Assembly: GCA_038087875.1 (NCBI GenBank)
Contig: CM075990.1
Coordinates: forward strand, 8,062,001-8,126,000
Source: Malacoraja senta
Taxonomy: Eukaryota
Direction of reading: 5' to 3'
Length of the DNA stretch: 64,000 bases
Shown: in pieces, positions 14,791-26,803 of the stretch
Position numbering within the stretch: position 1 is the stretch's first letter
Layout: every line of letters begins with the position of its first letter
Made by a program: the position numbers and the translations under genes
The notes under the pieces: generated by a model
What the model saw: the letters and a program-made list of their open reading frames with translations, nothing else
Databases searched by the model: none
What the model was told of the DNA's origin: nothing

Positions 14791-15628
14791 TCAGTTTAAA
14801 ACCACCCGTGTAGCAGTGGCAAACCTACCTGCCAGAATGCTGGTCCCCAACCTGTTAAGATGCAATCCGTCCCTTTTGTACAGTTCCCCCTTACTCCAAA
14901 ACAGATCCCAGTGATCTAAGAATCTAAATCCCTGCCCCATGCACCAGTTCCTCAGCCACACATTCAGGTCCCGTATCTCCCTGTTCCTGCTCTCGCCAGC
15001 ACGAGGAACTGGAAGCAAACCGGAGATAACAACCCTGGAGGTCCTGCTTTTCAGCATTTTTCCGAGCTCTCTAAAGTCACGCTGCAGAATATTCATCCCC
15101 TTCTTTCCGACATCGTTTGTGCCGACATGCACTACCACTTCCGGCTGTTCACCTTCGCCCTTGAGGATTTTCTGCATTCTGTCCGTGACATCCTGGATCC
15201 TGGCACCAGGAAGGCAGCACACCATCCTTGAATCCCGTCTGTTGCCGCAGAAACCCCTGTCCGTACCTCTCACAATGGAGTCTCCCACTACAATGGCGTT
15301 GCCTGACTTTGGCCTTTTTGGTTTTGGCTCAACAGCCCTATTCGCATCGCAAGCCAGTCTGCCGCTCAGTGTTAAAACGTCTTCTGTCCCGACAGCTTCT
15401 AAGTGTGCGAACCTGTTCACAAGAGGTACAACACCCGGGGACGTTTGCATTCCATGCTTCCCTCCCTTTTCACTGTCTCTCACCTTCTCTCTTCTAGTAC
15501 CTTATGTGTAACAATCTTACTGTAGGACTTGTCGAGGAACGACTCCGTTTCTCGGACAAACCTGAGGTCATCCACTTGCTTCTCCAGTTCCCCAACACGG
15601 TCCTTCAGGAGCTGTACCTGGATGCACT
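14791..15628 (-). pseudogene. CR1 ORF1 (coiled-coil + SGNH esterase), truncated and disrupted
   Basis: ORF 14791..15483 has the SGNH motifs VVGDSIVRG, VVVHVGTNDVG and DGLHLN typical of CR1 ORF1 esterase. A leucine-zipper-like stretch (QLLKDRVGELEKQVDDLR) lies upstream. Confidence 0.85.
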
Positions 15629-16393
15629 TGTCCTCCCAGCTCACAATGATCTATTCTACATTTCCTTGATCTCCATTCCTTTTGTCCTGTTTTCACACCT
15701 TACACTTCCTTATGTATCTGCTTCCTTATCTATGTACTTCCCACGCCCCTGACATCAGTCTGAAGAAGGATCTTGACCCGAAATGTCACCCATTCCTTCT
15801 CTCCTGAGATGCTGCTTGTCTCGTTCAGTTACTCCTGCATTTTCCACCGTGTCAAGCTCTGGAAGCAATTTTGCATCGAGTATCTTGCTGGGACATTGGG
15901 GCTGTTGCAGCATCAGGTATTCTTAGTTAATTCTTGACATAGTGTGGGGGTGAAGTGGGTTGACCAGATGGCTTCTGTGAGAGTGGGGCTCTCAAGGGGA
16001 GGTAGAGAGGTTTCATGCACTCTTGCTGAAGATGGTTATATATACTTCAGCTTTGACTTTGGCAGTCACATGCTGGGTTCTGTGTTCTTAGAGCTGTCTC
16101 CTTGTTAGAGTTTTTGTGCCCATGACTATTCATGACTGGATATGGCAGAGTCTTCCGTGTTTTGACCTGATGCGTTACTTGTGGAACCTTCTTATCGAGT
16201 TCACACACAAGATTAGAAGTTGTTCAGCCAGAGCTGAACACACTGCACGGCATCTGCATACAATGGTGTCTGCCTTGTATCTTCTTGTGCTTCTTGTGCG
16301 TGGTGGTGGAAAGATTGGTGGAAACGGGGCCGCGACGTGAACGCTCTTTCCCGGACCCCTCTTGTGGAATGACTGAGCTCTCTTTTTATTTCT

Positions 16394-16821
16394 TTTTCTT
16401 TTTCTTTTCTTTTTTTAAATATTTTATTAAAAGTATTGTACATTGCCGTGATATCAAGCAAAAATAACATGATACATTTCTTGCACCACTTCTTATTATA
16501 AACTTTAAAAAGAAGAAAGATAGAGAGAATTAGCAAAGATAGTGAGTGAGTGAGTGAAAGAGTGGTCCAGGGAAACCCGTAGGGACCTAAACCACAAGAA
16601 AGAGTTAAACAGAAAACAAAAGAAAAAGAAAGAACAAAAAAAGTAAGATAAGATAAGACAAGATAAAAGGGATGTACCTACTTCATATCTTTACACACCC
16701 CTCACCAGTCCTGAAACCATCTATTTTCAATGTTTTGTTGCACCCTATGCTTGTAATAAGTCGATAAATGGAGACCAAATCTTTTGGAAATGGTCTGATT
16801 TGCCTGCTAAGAGGAATCTCA
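16394..16821 (-). mobile_element. L1-clade 3' fragment with 15-bp TSD
   Basis: TCTCTTTTTATTTCT at 16379-16393 and 16822-16836. The minus strand encodes MRFLLAGKSDHFQKIWSPFIDLLQ, homologous to IRLLLAGKPDHFHLTWSAFIELFQ near 35630-35700. Poly-T tail on the left. Confidence 0.8.
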
Positions 16822-17106
16822 TCTCTTTTTATTTCTGAGCTGCCCAAACCTATCCTGACTGCTTGTATCATGGCCTGGTATGGCAATTCCATTGCACAGG
16901 AATGCAAGAGGCTGCAGAGAATGGTGGACTGCAGAAGACGCTAAAGCGGATGGTATGAAGATGATTATCAAAAAGGAGCAGGATCTTGATCAGTTGGGCA
17001 ATTGGGCTGAGGAATGATTGAAGCAGTTCAATGCAGATGAAGGTGAAATGTTGTATTTTGGGAAGTTGGGACGGGACCTTTGCAGAAAAAGGCTATGCCC
17101 TGGGGA

Positions 17107-18445
17107 ATAGAAACATAGAAACATAGAAAATAGGTGCAGCAGTAGACCATTCGGCCCTTCGAGCCTGCACCGCCATTCAATATGATAATGGCTGATCATC
17201 CAACTCAGCATCCCGTACCTGCCTTCTCTCCATACCCCCTGATCCCTTTAGCCACAAGGGCCACATCTAACTCCCTCTTAAATATAGCCAATGAACTGGC
17301 CTCAACTACCCTCTGTGGCAGAGAGTTCCAGAGATTCACCACTCTCTGTGTGAAAAAGTTTTTTCTCATCTCGGTCTTAAAGGATTTCCCCCTTATCCTT
17401 AAGCTGTGACCCCTTGTTCTGGACTTCCCCAACATCGGGAACAATCTTCCTGCATCTAGCCTGTCCAACCCCATAAGAATTTTGTATGTTTCTATAATAT
17501 CCCCTCTCAATCTCCTAAATTCTAGCGAGTATAAGCCAAGTCTATCCAGTCTTTCTTCATATAAAAGTCCTGACATCCCAGGAATCAGTCTGGTGAACCT
17601 TCTCTGCACTCCCTCTATGGCTATAATGTCCTTCCTCAGATTTGGAGACCAAAACTGTATGCAATACTCCAGGTGTGGTCTCACCAAGACCCTGTACAAC
17701 TGCAGTAGAACCTCCCTGCTCCTATACTCAAATCCTTTTACTATGAAAGCTAACATACCATTCGCTTTCTTCACTGCCTGCTGCACCTGCATTCCTACTT
17801 TCAATGACTGGTGTACCATGACACCCAGGTCTCGCTGCATCTCCCCTTTTCCTAATCGGCCACCATTTAGATAATAGTCTGCTTTCCTGTTTTTGCCACC
17901 AAAGTGGATAACCTCACATTTATCCACATTATAGTGCATCTGCCAAACATTTGCCCACTCACCCAGCCTATCCAAGTCACCTTGCAGTCTCCCAGCATCC
18001 TCCTCACAGCTAACACTGCCCCCCAGCTTAGTGTCATCTGCAAACTTGGAGATGTTGCCTTCAATTCCCTCATCCAGTTCATTAATATAAATTGTAAATA
18101 GCTGGGGTCCCATCACTGAGCCTTGCGGTACCCCACTAGTCACTGCCTGCCATTGTGAAAAGGACCCGTTTACTCCTACTCTTTGCTTCCTGTTTGCCAG
18201 CCAGTTCTCTATCCACATCAATACTGAACCCCCAATACCATGTGCTTTAAGTTTGTATACTAATCTCTTATGTGGGACCTTGTCGAAAGCCTTCTGAAAG
18301 TCCAGATACAACACATCCACTGGTTCTCCCCTATCCACTCTACTAGTTACATCCTCGAAAAATTCTATAAGATTCGTTAGACATGATTTACCTTTCGTAA
18401 ATCCGTGCTGACTTTGTCCAATGATTTCACCACTTTCCAAATGTG
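17107..18445 (-). mobile_element. 5'-truncated CR1 LINE of the same young family, with an uninterrupted RT C-terminal frame
   Basis: ORF 17205..18500 (QHGFTKGKSCLTNL, GVPQGS, FADD) is nearly identical to 11690-13017, with the same tail. It interrupts an older + strand CR1 remnant (~16975-17106 and ~18446-18860). Confidence 0.95.
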
Positions 18446-19371
18446 GTAGAGCAGAGGGATCTAGGACCACATGTACATAGATTCTTGAAAATGGTGTCAC
18501 AGGTCGATAGGGTGGTCAGAAAGGCTTTTGGAACATTGACCTTCTTCAGTCAAAGCATTGAATACTGAAGTTGGGATGTGTATGAAGGAATGCTGGTTTA
18601 AACCAAAGATAGACATAAAATACTGGAGTAACTGAGTGGGACAGGAAGCGTCTCTGGAGAGAAGGAATGGGTGAGACCCTCCTTTGGGATGTTATGTTAC
18701 AGTTATACAAGACCTCGGTGAGGCCATATTTGGAGTATTTCAGTTTTGGTCATCCTGCGATAAGAAAGATGTTGTTCAGCCAGGAGAGAGCGCGGAGAAG
18801 ATTTATGTGGATATTGCCAGGACTTGAGCTAGAGGTAGAAGTTGAGCAGGCTAGATACGATTTCTTTGGTTGTTATTTGACAGATCTGTTAAAAGGTCTA
18901 CGAGGTCCTCCCCAGAATTTAATGAGGGGAAATTTATGGGATAGACAGGACTCTGTCTGCCTTCAGATTGGATTAAGACTAAGGAAGGGACACATTTGAT
19001 ATGTGGTAAATGTCTGAAGTAGAACTGGAAGGGTGCAGAATTATGCACAAATTTTTACTCACTTGAGTGGTCACAATTATTAGAAGATGATGACTGTGAC
19101 CAACCCAAGGACACGTGCTCCAAGACAGCAGCTGGTTAATTTCTGCCTCTTTCGCCTCATTGAATGAATGATACTTTATTGGCACATGTACCTAGTACTG
19201 TGAAAAGGTTTGTTTTGCGAACAACCTAGGCAGTACACAAGTGTCTCCACATGTTGGTGCTGGCAAAGTTACAGAAGTACCCAACTAGTCCTAGCCGCTG
19301 CCTGCCGCCACAGGTGGCATCGACCCCCCCCCCCCCCATTGCTCTCGCCGGTCCCTCCTCACTCTTGGTCC

Positions 19372-19620
19372 CTCCTCCCTCTCGGGTCTTTCCCCACCCC
19401 TCGCCCTCTCGGGTCTTTCCCCACCCCTCGCCCTCTCGGGTCTTTCCACCCCCCCTCACCCTCTCGGGTCTCCCCCCCCTCACCCTCTCGGGTCTCCCCC
19501 CCCCTTGCCCTCTCGGGTCTCTCCCCCCCCTCGCCCTCTCGGGTCTTTCCCCCCCCTCGCTCTCTCGGCTTTCCCCCCCTCCCTCTCGGGTCCCTCTTGG
19601 CTTCCCCCCTTCGCCCTCTC
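19372..19620. repeat. C-rich minisatellite, ~25-29-bp unit CCCCCCTCGCCCTCTCGGGTCTTT
   Basis: About 9 imperfect tandem units are directly visible. Confidence 0.9.
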
Positions 19621-22040
19621 CCTCAGCCTCCCCCATCGACGTCATATGGAGAAGATAATTCCCACTCGACCCGTGGGAATGTGACATGGGTCAAGTTTTC
19701 GAAAAAGCTTCAAGTCTTGTGGCCGTGTTTTGGAACCGAGTGCTGAGGAATCACCTTCAGAATTAGCACAGGCGCACGTTGTCAATTTGGAGGAATAGTG
19801 ACCTTGCAGAGACTCGGTGATGAATGGCCCTCAAAATACTGTTGGGAAGAAGGTACATTATGTCCAACTATACTAATGTTGAACAAGTCTTCAGCTCGCC
19901 GGCAGTAATACACATCGTTCATTGACTTTAATTGCATTAGTATAGTATCTTCAGATTACAATTGAACTTCCTCAAAGTCAGAAAATGACTTCATTGTCAT
20001 TAAATGTATGAACTCTGCCAGAATAGCTAATGCTCAGAGTTCATGTGTGGACACGTCCCACTTTGCTTTTGATTCCCCTCGATTTAATCCCAGGCATCAC
20101 ATGCACTGAACCGTCGGTGTATTGAAGCTGTGTGTGAAATGGATACCAGCTAGTACTTTGATACATATGGTACAGTGCAATGTGAATGCTGCTGCTTCCA
20201 GCAATCCCGGTTTACATGGAGTTTAGGAGGAAATAAACAGGAGTGGACTTATTTCACAATGTTGGTCACGCTAATAAAAAATAGTTTTCCATCTAAAAAT
20301 TGATATATCATCTTTAATGACCAGTGCAAATGGTTGCGGAAGTAAGCATCGTACATAAACGTCGAGGGTTAATAATCTGGCAAATCACTTTCGGTGTAGC
20401 CTCAACGGTAAATAAACCCAAATTAATTGGGCTATATTTTTGCCCCAAAAGCACACGTTTAAAACCTATTGCGTCTTCCCTTTACTGCGGAAGAAAAATG
20501 GCCAGGCACAATTCCATACTTCATGCAGAAAATTAAACATTCAAGTGAACAAATTAATCGTTGGAGAGAGACAATGAGAGAGTCTGTTAATTATTCTAGT
20601 CAGTGAGTTGAGGATGAAATGCTTTTATTTTCTCTCTTCGTGGTGTTTTAAAGTGAAGATTGTGTCAAAAGGAATGCCAGCCAGCTGGCCTGCTGAAGTC
20701 AACGGTTAAATGAATATTCCCATTAACTTTCTGATACTAGTGATGTTTTAAAAAGACATTTATCCACCGCTGATGCTGCAACACCCAAGAATTGTTTTTT
20801 GCAAAAATCTATGTGCATAAACTTCAGGCAAGACCAACAGATTAAAGACTGTACAGATGAGTATAAAACAGCCATACTTGAGGGAAATTGAACAGGAAGA
20901 CTGCCATTTTAGATCCTTTAATTGTTAATTGGCTTGATCATAGAATTATCATTCATAACACAAATAGGATTCTTGTCTGGGCCATGCTGAAGGGTTTGCC
21001 AGGATTTGTGAACAACGGACTATAGTTTAGAGGATATTCTTGGTGTATAGCCAGCGATTTCCCCTTGCAATGAGATTGCTGCTAAGAGCAGCTCGTACAC
21101 ATTTTTCCTCCACCCTTCTTGGCATTTTTATTTCGCTCTCCAGCGCATCAGTTTCAAATTCAAATTGAAGTCTTTGCAGGGTCAAAGAAAGACGAGGACG
21201 AGGAGCAGAGAGGAATGAAAATAATGGGGGAGCCGCAGTGATACCGACCTTCCTGTTGCCTGTGTTGGTTTCAAAACACAGTTTAGTTTCCTCTTGCTTT
21301 TAATCCTCTGCACTGAGGATTCAGTCACCATCTGGATTTTACAACTTTTCTCACCCAGTAATACTGTTGTGCAGAGCAGCTGACACTAATATCTCTGCTG
21401 CCTGATTTAGCAATGCAGGGCCCTTGGAAAACAGACATCATTCTGGGAGAGGCTTTGCTCTACATAGCTAATTTATAGACTCTATTCACCACCAGCCTTA
21501 ATAGTACTGTGAGTGGATGGTCAGTCATTTGACAGATGTGATATTCACCCATTGGTGTGTGTATACTAAATATCAAGCAAAATGAAATTTATTCGTTAGA
21601 TATAGCTCTAAGGGCTAACGGAATCAAGGGATAAGGGAAGAAAACAGGAAAGGGATACTGATTTTGGATGATTGCCATGATCATATTGAATGGCTGAGCT
21701 TGCTCGATGGGCCGAATGGCCTACGCCTGCACCTACTTTCGATGAAACTGTCCAAGACCTTTAATACAATGTCTCTTTTATAGGTGCTCTGGTCTTTTAT
21801 AGAACATTGAACACAGTACAACACAGGAACAGGCCTTTCGGCCCGCAATGTCTGTGGTAGCACAATGTCATGTTAAAGTAATCTCCTCTGCCTGCACATG
21901 ATCCATCTCATTCTCTGCATATCCATGTGCCTCTTAAATCTAAAGGCTTCTTAAATAACTATCGTATCTACCAAAGATAGACACAAAAAGCTGGAGTAAC
22001 TCAGCGGGACAGGCAGCATATCTGGCGAAAAGGAATGGGT

Positions 22041-22068
22041 GACGTTTCGGTTCAAGACCCTTCTTCAG
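22041..22068 (-). ncRNA. Minimal hammerhead ribozyme core (minus strand)
   Basis: Reverse complement reads CTGAAGA-A-GGGTC-TT-GAACC-GAAA-CGTC, with one stem II mismatch. Confidence 0.6.
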
Positions 22069-22130
22069 ACTGAGAGTCAGGCGAAAGCTGACCTTTATCA
22101 CAACACGTTGCAATGGGTTCAGGCACCCAC

Positions 22131-22890
22131 TGTCAATAGCTTGTTCTAAGCTCCCCCAGTCTAGTTTCAGTCAATAAAATACTAAATCAAGCACTTGAGC
22201 AACTAAACTTTACTTTGGATAACACAGCAACAGTTCCCCTATACAATACCTAACCACCGCGGGTTCGATCCTTGTAAATGCTTGGCCAAGCCCTTCTAGC
22301 CTCGTGTGAGCAGAGACACTCCAAAAGGTCACGCAGTCCCAAGCGCTCTTCCAGAAGATCGACAAACGACCTCTTGGGGGTCTCATTTATAGGTTTCTGA
22401 ACATTGAGGGGCCGAACTACATGGGGGTGGTCTCATTATAAACCAATCAAACATATTGATAATAACAGTACATAATTGACAGCTTCCCAACCCAATAATA
22501 TAATCTTATATACATTGTATTCGAAAGAAGCTTCTAGAAGGAAGCCAACGCAGATGAATAGTGCAACATGTGCCCTGGGATTCAAATAGTTCCTCTAAGG
22601 CTCAACCAATCAACAACTAACAAAGTAAGGCTTCGCAACATTATATATGCTATGTACACTAAGTTTGCATTGACCCAATCAGTTCGATGCATTTTCCATC
22701 TCATTGTAAGAACTCTGCAGATGTCCCATTCATTCTCTGCAGCACTTATCTGGGCCACAGACATGCTGGCACCATTCAGCAGCTTGTCTCATTCTGCAGA
22801 GGCACATTTAACGACCAAAATGGCCTGGCAGCACCTAAGCCCTTACTCAATTTTAATGCCATGGCTGCTCCAATTTAGCCCGGATTTACA
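22131..22890 (-). mobile_element. 760-bp solo LTR (ERV or Gypsy type)
   Basis: TG...CA ends with a 4-bp TSD CCAC (22127-22130, 22891-22894). Minus-strand TATAAA (~22386-22391) and AGTAAA (~22208-22213) are in promoter-then-polyA order. It cleanly interrupts a CR1 3' remnant. Confidence 0.8.
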
Positions 22891-23644
22891 CCACCACTTC
22901 TGTGTAAAACAAAAACACTTGTGCATCTCCTTAAAGCTACGCCCTCTAGTCTTTGACATTTCCATCATGAGAATATGGTTCTGACTTTCTTTACTTTCTC
23001 CGACTCTCCTAACTTTATATACTGAGAGAATATTCTCGTACTGCATTAGCAAAGGCTTGCCGCTTTTGTGGGAGCATTTTCAGAATGAGTGGGCTGACTG
23101 TGATAACAGGGAGATCTGTCTGAAACAGGAGTGTATTTAGAATGTGTTTTAAATAACCTACTGACTAATGTGGTGTCTCAGTTTGGGAGATCATCATTTA
23201 TTCTCAGCCCTCTCTGCTGTAGAGTGTGATGCGGGTTGAATAGATCGGTCAGTCTTCTGCCACAACAAAGTGAGTCTGAATGCTTCCATTAACTAGTTTA
23301 ATGAGTGGATTCAATGCAGGTCGGAGCAGTGCAAATATGTGAAGAACACAAAATGATTGAGGGTCAATGATCCCTTGGGCCGAGCTATCTTCCCGCCCAG
23401 TTATTCGAAGGCGTCAAATATACAGAGAGAAGTAAAGCAAGAGCTAACTTCAAGATCAGTTCCTCTTCTGCTCTTTAAAGGAGTGGCACAGCTGGTAGAG
23501 GCACTCATTCACAGTGCTAGAGACACGGGTTCAATCCCGATCTTGGGTATTGCTTGTGTGGAGTTTGGATGAAACAGGCCCTTTGGCCCATTGCGTTCTT
23601 ACCATCCATCAACCACCCATTTTGCACGAATCCTAAATTAATTT

Positions 23645-23940
23645 GATTTTAGTTTGGAGATATAGCATGGAAGCTGGCCCTTTGGCCCACTGAGTTTGTG
23701 CCGACCATCGATCACCCCGTACACTGGTTGTATGTTCTCCCACTTTCCCATCCTACACACTAGGGGCAATTTACAGAAACCAATTAACATGCAAGCCTGC
23801 ACGTCTTTGGCAAGTGGGAGGAACCCGGGCACAGGGGTATTGTACAAGCTCCGCCACGACAGCACCCGCAGTCAGGATGGAACCCGGGTCTCTGGCGCTG
23901 TGAGGCAGCAGCTGTGCCACTTGCACCATTGTGCCGCCCC
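23645..23940 (-). mobile_element. HE1/V-SINE-type SINE
   Basis: Same family in reverse orientation. A partial + strand head lies at ~23480-23570. Confidence 0.8.
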
Positions 23941-26161
23941 GGCAACTTCCTCCAGGTTTAACACCCAACTACAGGCACATGGCAATTTACAGTTGCCGGG
24001 CAAATGACCAAGCTGAATGTCTTTGGAAAGCTGGAGAAAACGTGTGTACCCAGAGGTAGGACTTTAGAGGGAGAGCGTGTGAAGTTTGCACATTTGACCT
24101 CTGGGTGCTCCTGTTTCCTCCCACCTTCCAAAGGTGTGCAGGTGGATCGGGTTGGAAACTATGGATTGCCTGAGTGTGTGTTGAGTCTTAAAATGTGGGA
24201 GGAGATGAAGATAATTGGGAGTGGGGTGAGGGGGTGGGGAGGTGAAAACAAAATGGTATTAAGATAGAATAAGTGTAAAAAGGGTGGTTGATAACTCAAT
24301 GGAGAGTGGGCCTGTTTTTGTTGCTGGATCTCTCAATGAAGCCCTGCAATGTCTCACAAAGACCCTGGTGAACGTCACCCTTCCAAGGCAACAAGGAACG
24401 GTCTGAAGAAGGGTTTCTGCCCAAAACGTTGCCTATTTCCTTCGCTCCATAGATGCTGCCGCACCCGCTGAGTTTCTCCAGCACTTTTGTCTACCTTTGA
24501 TTTTCCAGCATCTGCAGTTCCTTCTTAAACAAGGAACTGCAGATGCTGGTTTAAACTGAAGATAGACACAAAATGCTGGAGCAACTCAGCGGCACAGGCA
24601 GCATCTCTGGAGGGAAGGAACGGGTGACGTTTCGGGTCGAGGAAGGGTCTCGACCTGAAACCTCACCTGTTCCTTCTCTCCAGAGACGCTGCCTTTCCAG
24701 GGTAGTTGTCCAGAGACAACTTTCTTCTGAGTTGAGATCTGCAGTTTACCCTTTGCTTCAGTTTTGCTTTCTCGCCTGGTGCTCCACACCCCTCCAAAAA
24801 TGATAAATAATGTTCCCATGCTTGTACCTCCTTGTTCTCTGAGTGCCAGAATTAGCAATGTGGAGGCAGTTTGTTCCAGCACCAGGCCCATCTTTGTTGC
24901 AGTTACTGACAAGATCGCCTCCACCCTCCGATTATAGGGATTCTGATGATGATAGTGCAGCAAAGTTAAATGCTAAATGAGCTTCCTGTAATTGTTACGG
25001 CAACTTTATTCATGAGTTCGATGAATCACTTGAAAGCTGTATTAATTACTGACTGTGTGGAAGCGATTATTCATGGCTGCTCCGAGTCCTTTGGCACGAA
25101 GGAACGGATAAGTGGGGGGAATATTGTGGCAGCGCTCTGCAGAGAAGATTTTGAAACTAGAGTGTGTATTTTCAATTGGATTCGGGCATGAGCGGAGTAA
25201 GAAATTCAGCATCCATATTCCGCTGAAAGCTAAACCATTTAAATTGCGTTCAGACTGTGAATCTGTGTGGCTTAATGCCTCTTATTGGAATGAAAGGCTC
25301 ATTTCACATGTATCTGGCACTTTGCCAATCCAGGGCTTTACATATTTGACCTGCCAACCATTAATTCTGCTTATTTCGATCACACGTTGTTTTGCTGCAT
25401 GGATAATTCAAAAGGAAAGGGGTTTTGTATTATTTAACATTTTACTCGTCCTGGATCAGGCCATGAATGAAATGTTTATGTTAAGTAATAAGTAGTCTAA
25501 TCATTACTCACAGAGCAACTGACAACATAGAATATCTTCTTTGGAGTTCATTAAAATAGCTACATTCTTAAAAAAAGATGCAATCTCTCAAATGTTTTCC
25601 CACAATCATAAACTTACATTTCAGCTCAAACTGTACTGGAATGTTTCATCAGGAGCTCTGGTGTTGGAGATGGTTTCTGATGTGGTAAAGTTACTTATCA
25701 TTAAAATCATGACCATTAAAATCATTAATTAAAAAATAGTCATTAATGTTCACAGTGTAGAAGAACGGCAATCGTCCCATCAAGCCCATACTATCCAATA
25801 ATTGTGAGTCTTTGTGTTGCTCTTTCTTCAAGTTCTTGTTCAATATTTGTATACTATAGTTCTGTTAGTCATAGCTGCTGCTAAGATATGCGTTCCATTT
25901 ATACTTGGCCTTTCAGTGTTGTCTTTCAACTAACATGCCTTCTTGATCAATCGGGCATAAAGTTCTGGAAAGTTATCATAAGCTTAGAGTCGGTGCTTCC
26001 CAAAATATTAACCTCAAACTGATTTAGCTTACTAATTGTGTTATTATCTTTTTTTTTTCATTGGACACCTTCCAAGATTTTTTTGTTGTGCTCTGAATTA
26101 ATCTGCAAATCACAAGTTAATGTATCCTTTAATTAATCCTTTGATTGGCTGAGACTTCAAT

Positions 26162-26234
26162 CTGTATTCAAAATCACAACTTGAATGCTTTTCTTAGAGG
26201 AAGAAAAGCATTCAAGTTGTGATTTTGAATACAG
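26162..26234. repeat. Perfect 34-bp inverted repeat with 5-nt spacer
   Basis: CTGTATTCAAAATCACAACTTGAATGCTTTTCTT-agagg-AAGAAAAGCATTCAAGTTGTGATTTTGAATACAG. Confidence 0.95.
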
Positions 26235-26803
26235 GTGCTTTACCTGGGAAAATTGCATTTTCTAAAATTCATTCCCTCCATTTTTTAATGTCCATTTACT
26301 TGTAACTTCCCGACGCCGACACCTGGACCCTGTTCAAAGGTTGAAAACATTCATGCAAGAGTCCAAACACTGAGTCTTGGCAAGATAGACACAAAGTGCT
26401 GGAGTAACTCAGCGAGTCAAACAGCATCTTTGGAGAAAAAGGATGGGTGATGTTTTGGGCAGGGACCCTTCTTCAGTTCCGCGAGATCTAGCTGTTCTAG
26501 TGCATGAATAGCAAAAAGTCAGCAGATAGGTTCAGCAACTAGTTCAGAAGGTAGACATGTTCTTCTTTATTGACACTGAAGAAGGGCCCTGACCCAAAAC
26601 GTCACCTATCCTTTTTTCTCCAGAGATGCTGCCTGACTCACTGAGTAACTTCAGGTCCAAACCAGCATCAGCAGTTCTTTTCTACATAGTATGTTTTAGC
26701 ATTCAGCCTCGGCTAGACCTTAGCTAGAACCTAGTTCACTCAACACAAGAAAAAAACGATGCCATTGTTAAATGTGGCTTTCATGAACCCTGTGGCCATC
26801 TCT

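Larger units (their letters stand above)
11686..15628 (-). mobile_element. Near full-length, 5'-truncated CR1-clade LINE (HER1-like), inserted into a Penelope remnant
   Basis: Minus strand carries ORF1 (esterase), then ORF2 (APE endonuclease + RT), then a 3' UTR and (TTTCTATG)n tail, seen as catagaaacatagaaa at 11687-11706. Penelope sequence flanks both sides. Confidence 0.95.
11310..15845 (+). mobile_element. Penelope-like element 3' remnant (GIY-YIG endonuclease end + pLTR), split by the CR1 insertion into ~11310-11685 and ~15629-15845
   Basis: ORF 11249..11593 contains LYIGETKHRLDDRFAQHLR...PVAQHFN...LEEQHLIFCLGSLRPSGTN, the C-terminal part of a PLE GIY-YIG domain. Downstream sequence resumes after the CR1 and contains the hammerhead-like motif at 15760-15787. 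The same UTR recurs at ~30412-30640 and ~55735-55990. Confidence 0.85.

Noticed and set aside
12163..15511. Plus-strand ORFs overlapping the CR1 element
   Set aside because: Antisense shadows of the CR1 ORFs.
16280..16378. Short CpG-rich segment with CTTCTTGTG repeats, considered as a structured RNA or HDV-like ribozyme
   Set aside because: I could not build the nested pseudoknot. More likely a short retroelement 3' end.
19210..19746. Pro-rich and Gly-rich ORFs on both strands
   Set aside because: Open only because the C-rich minisatellite lacks stop codons.
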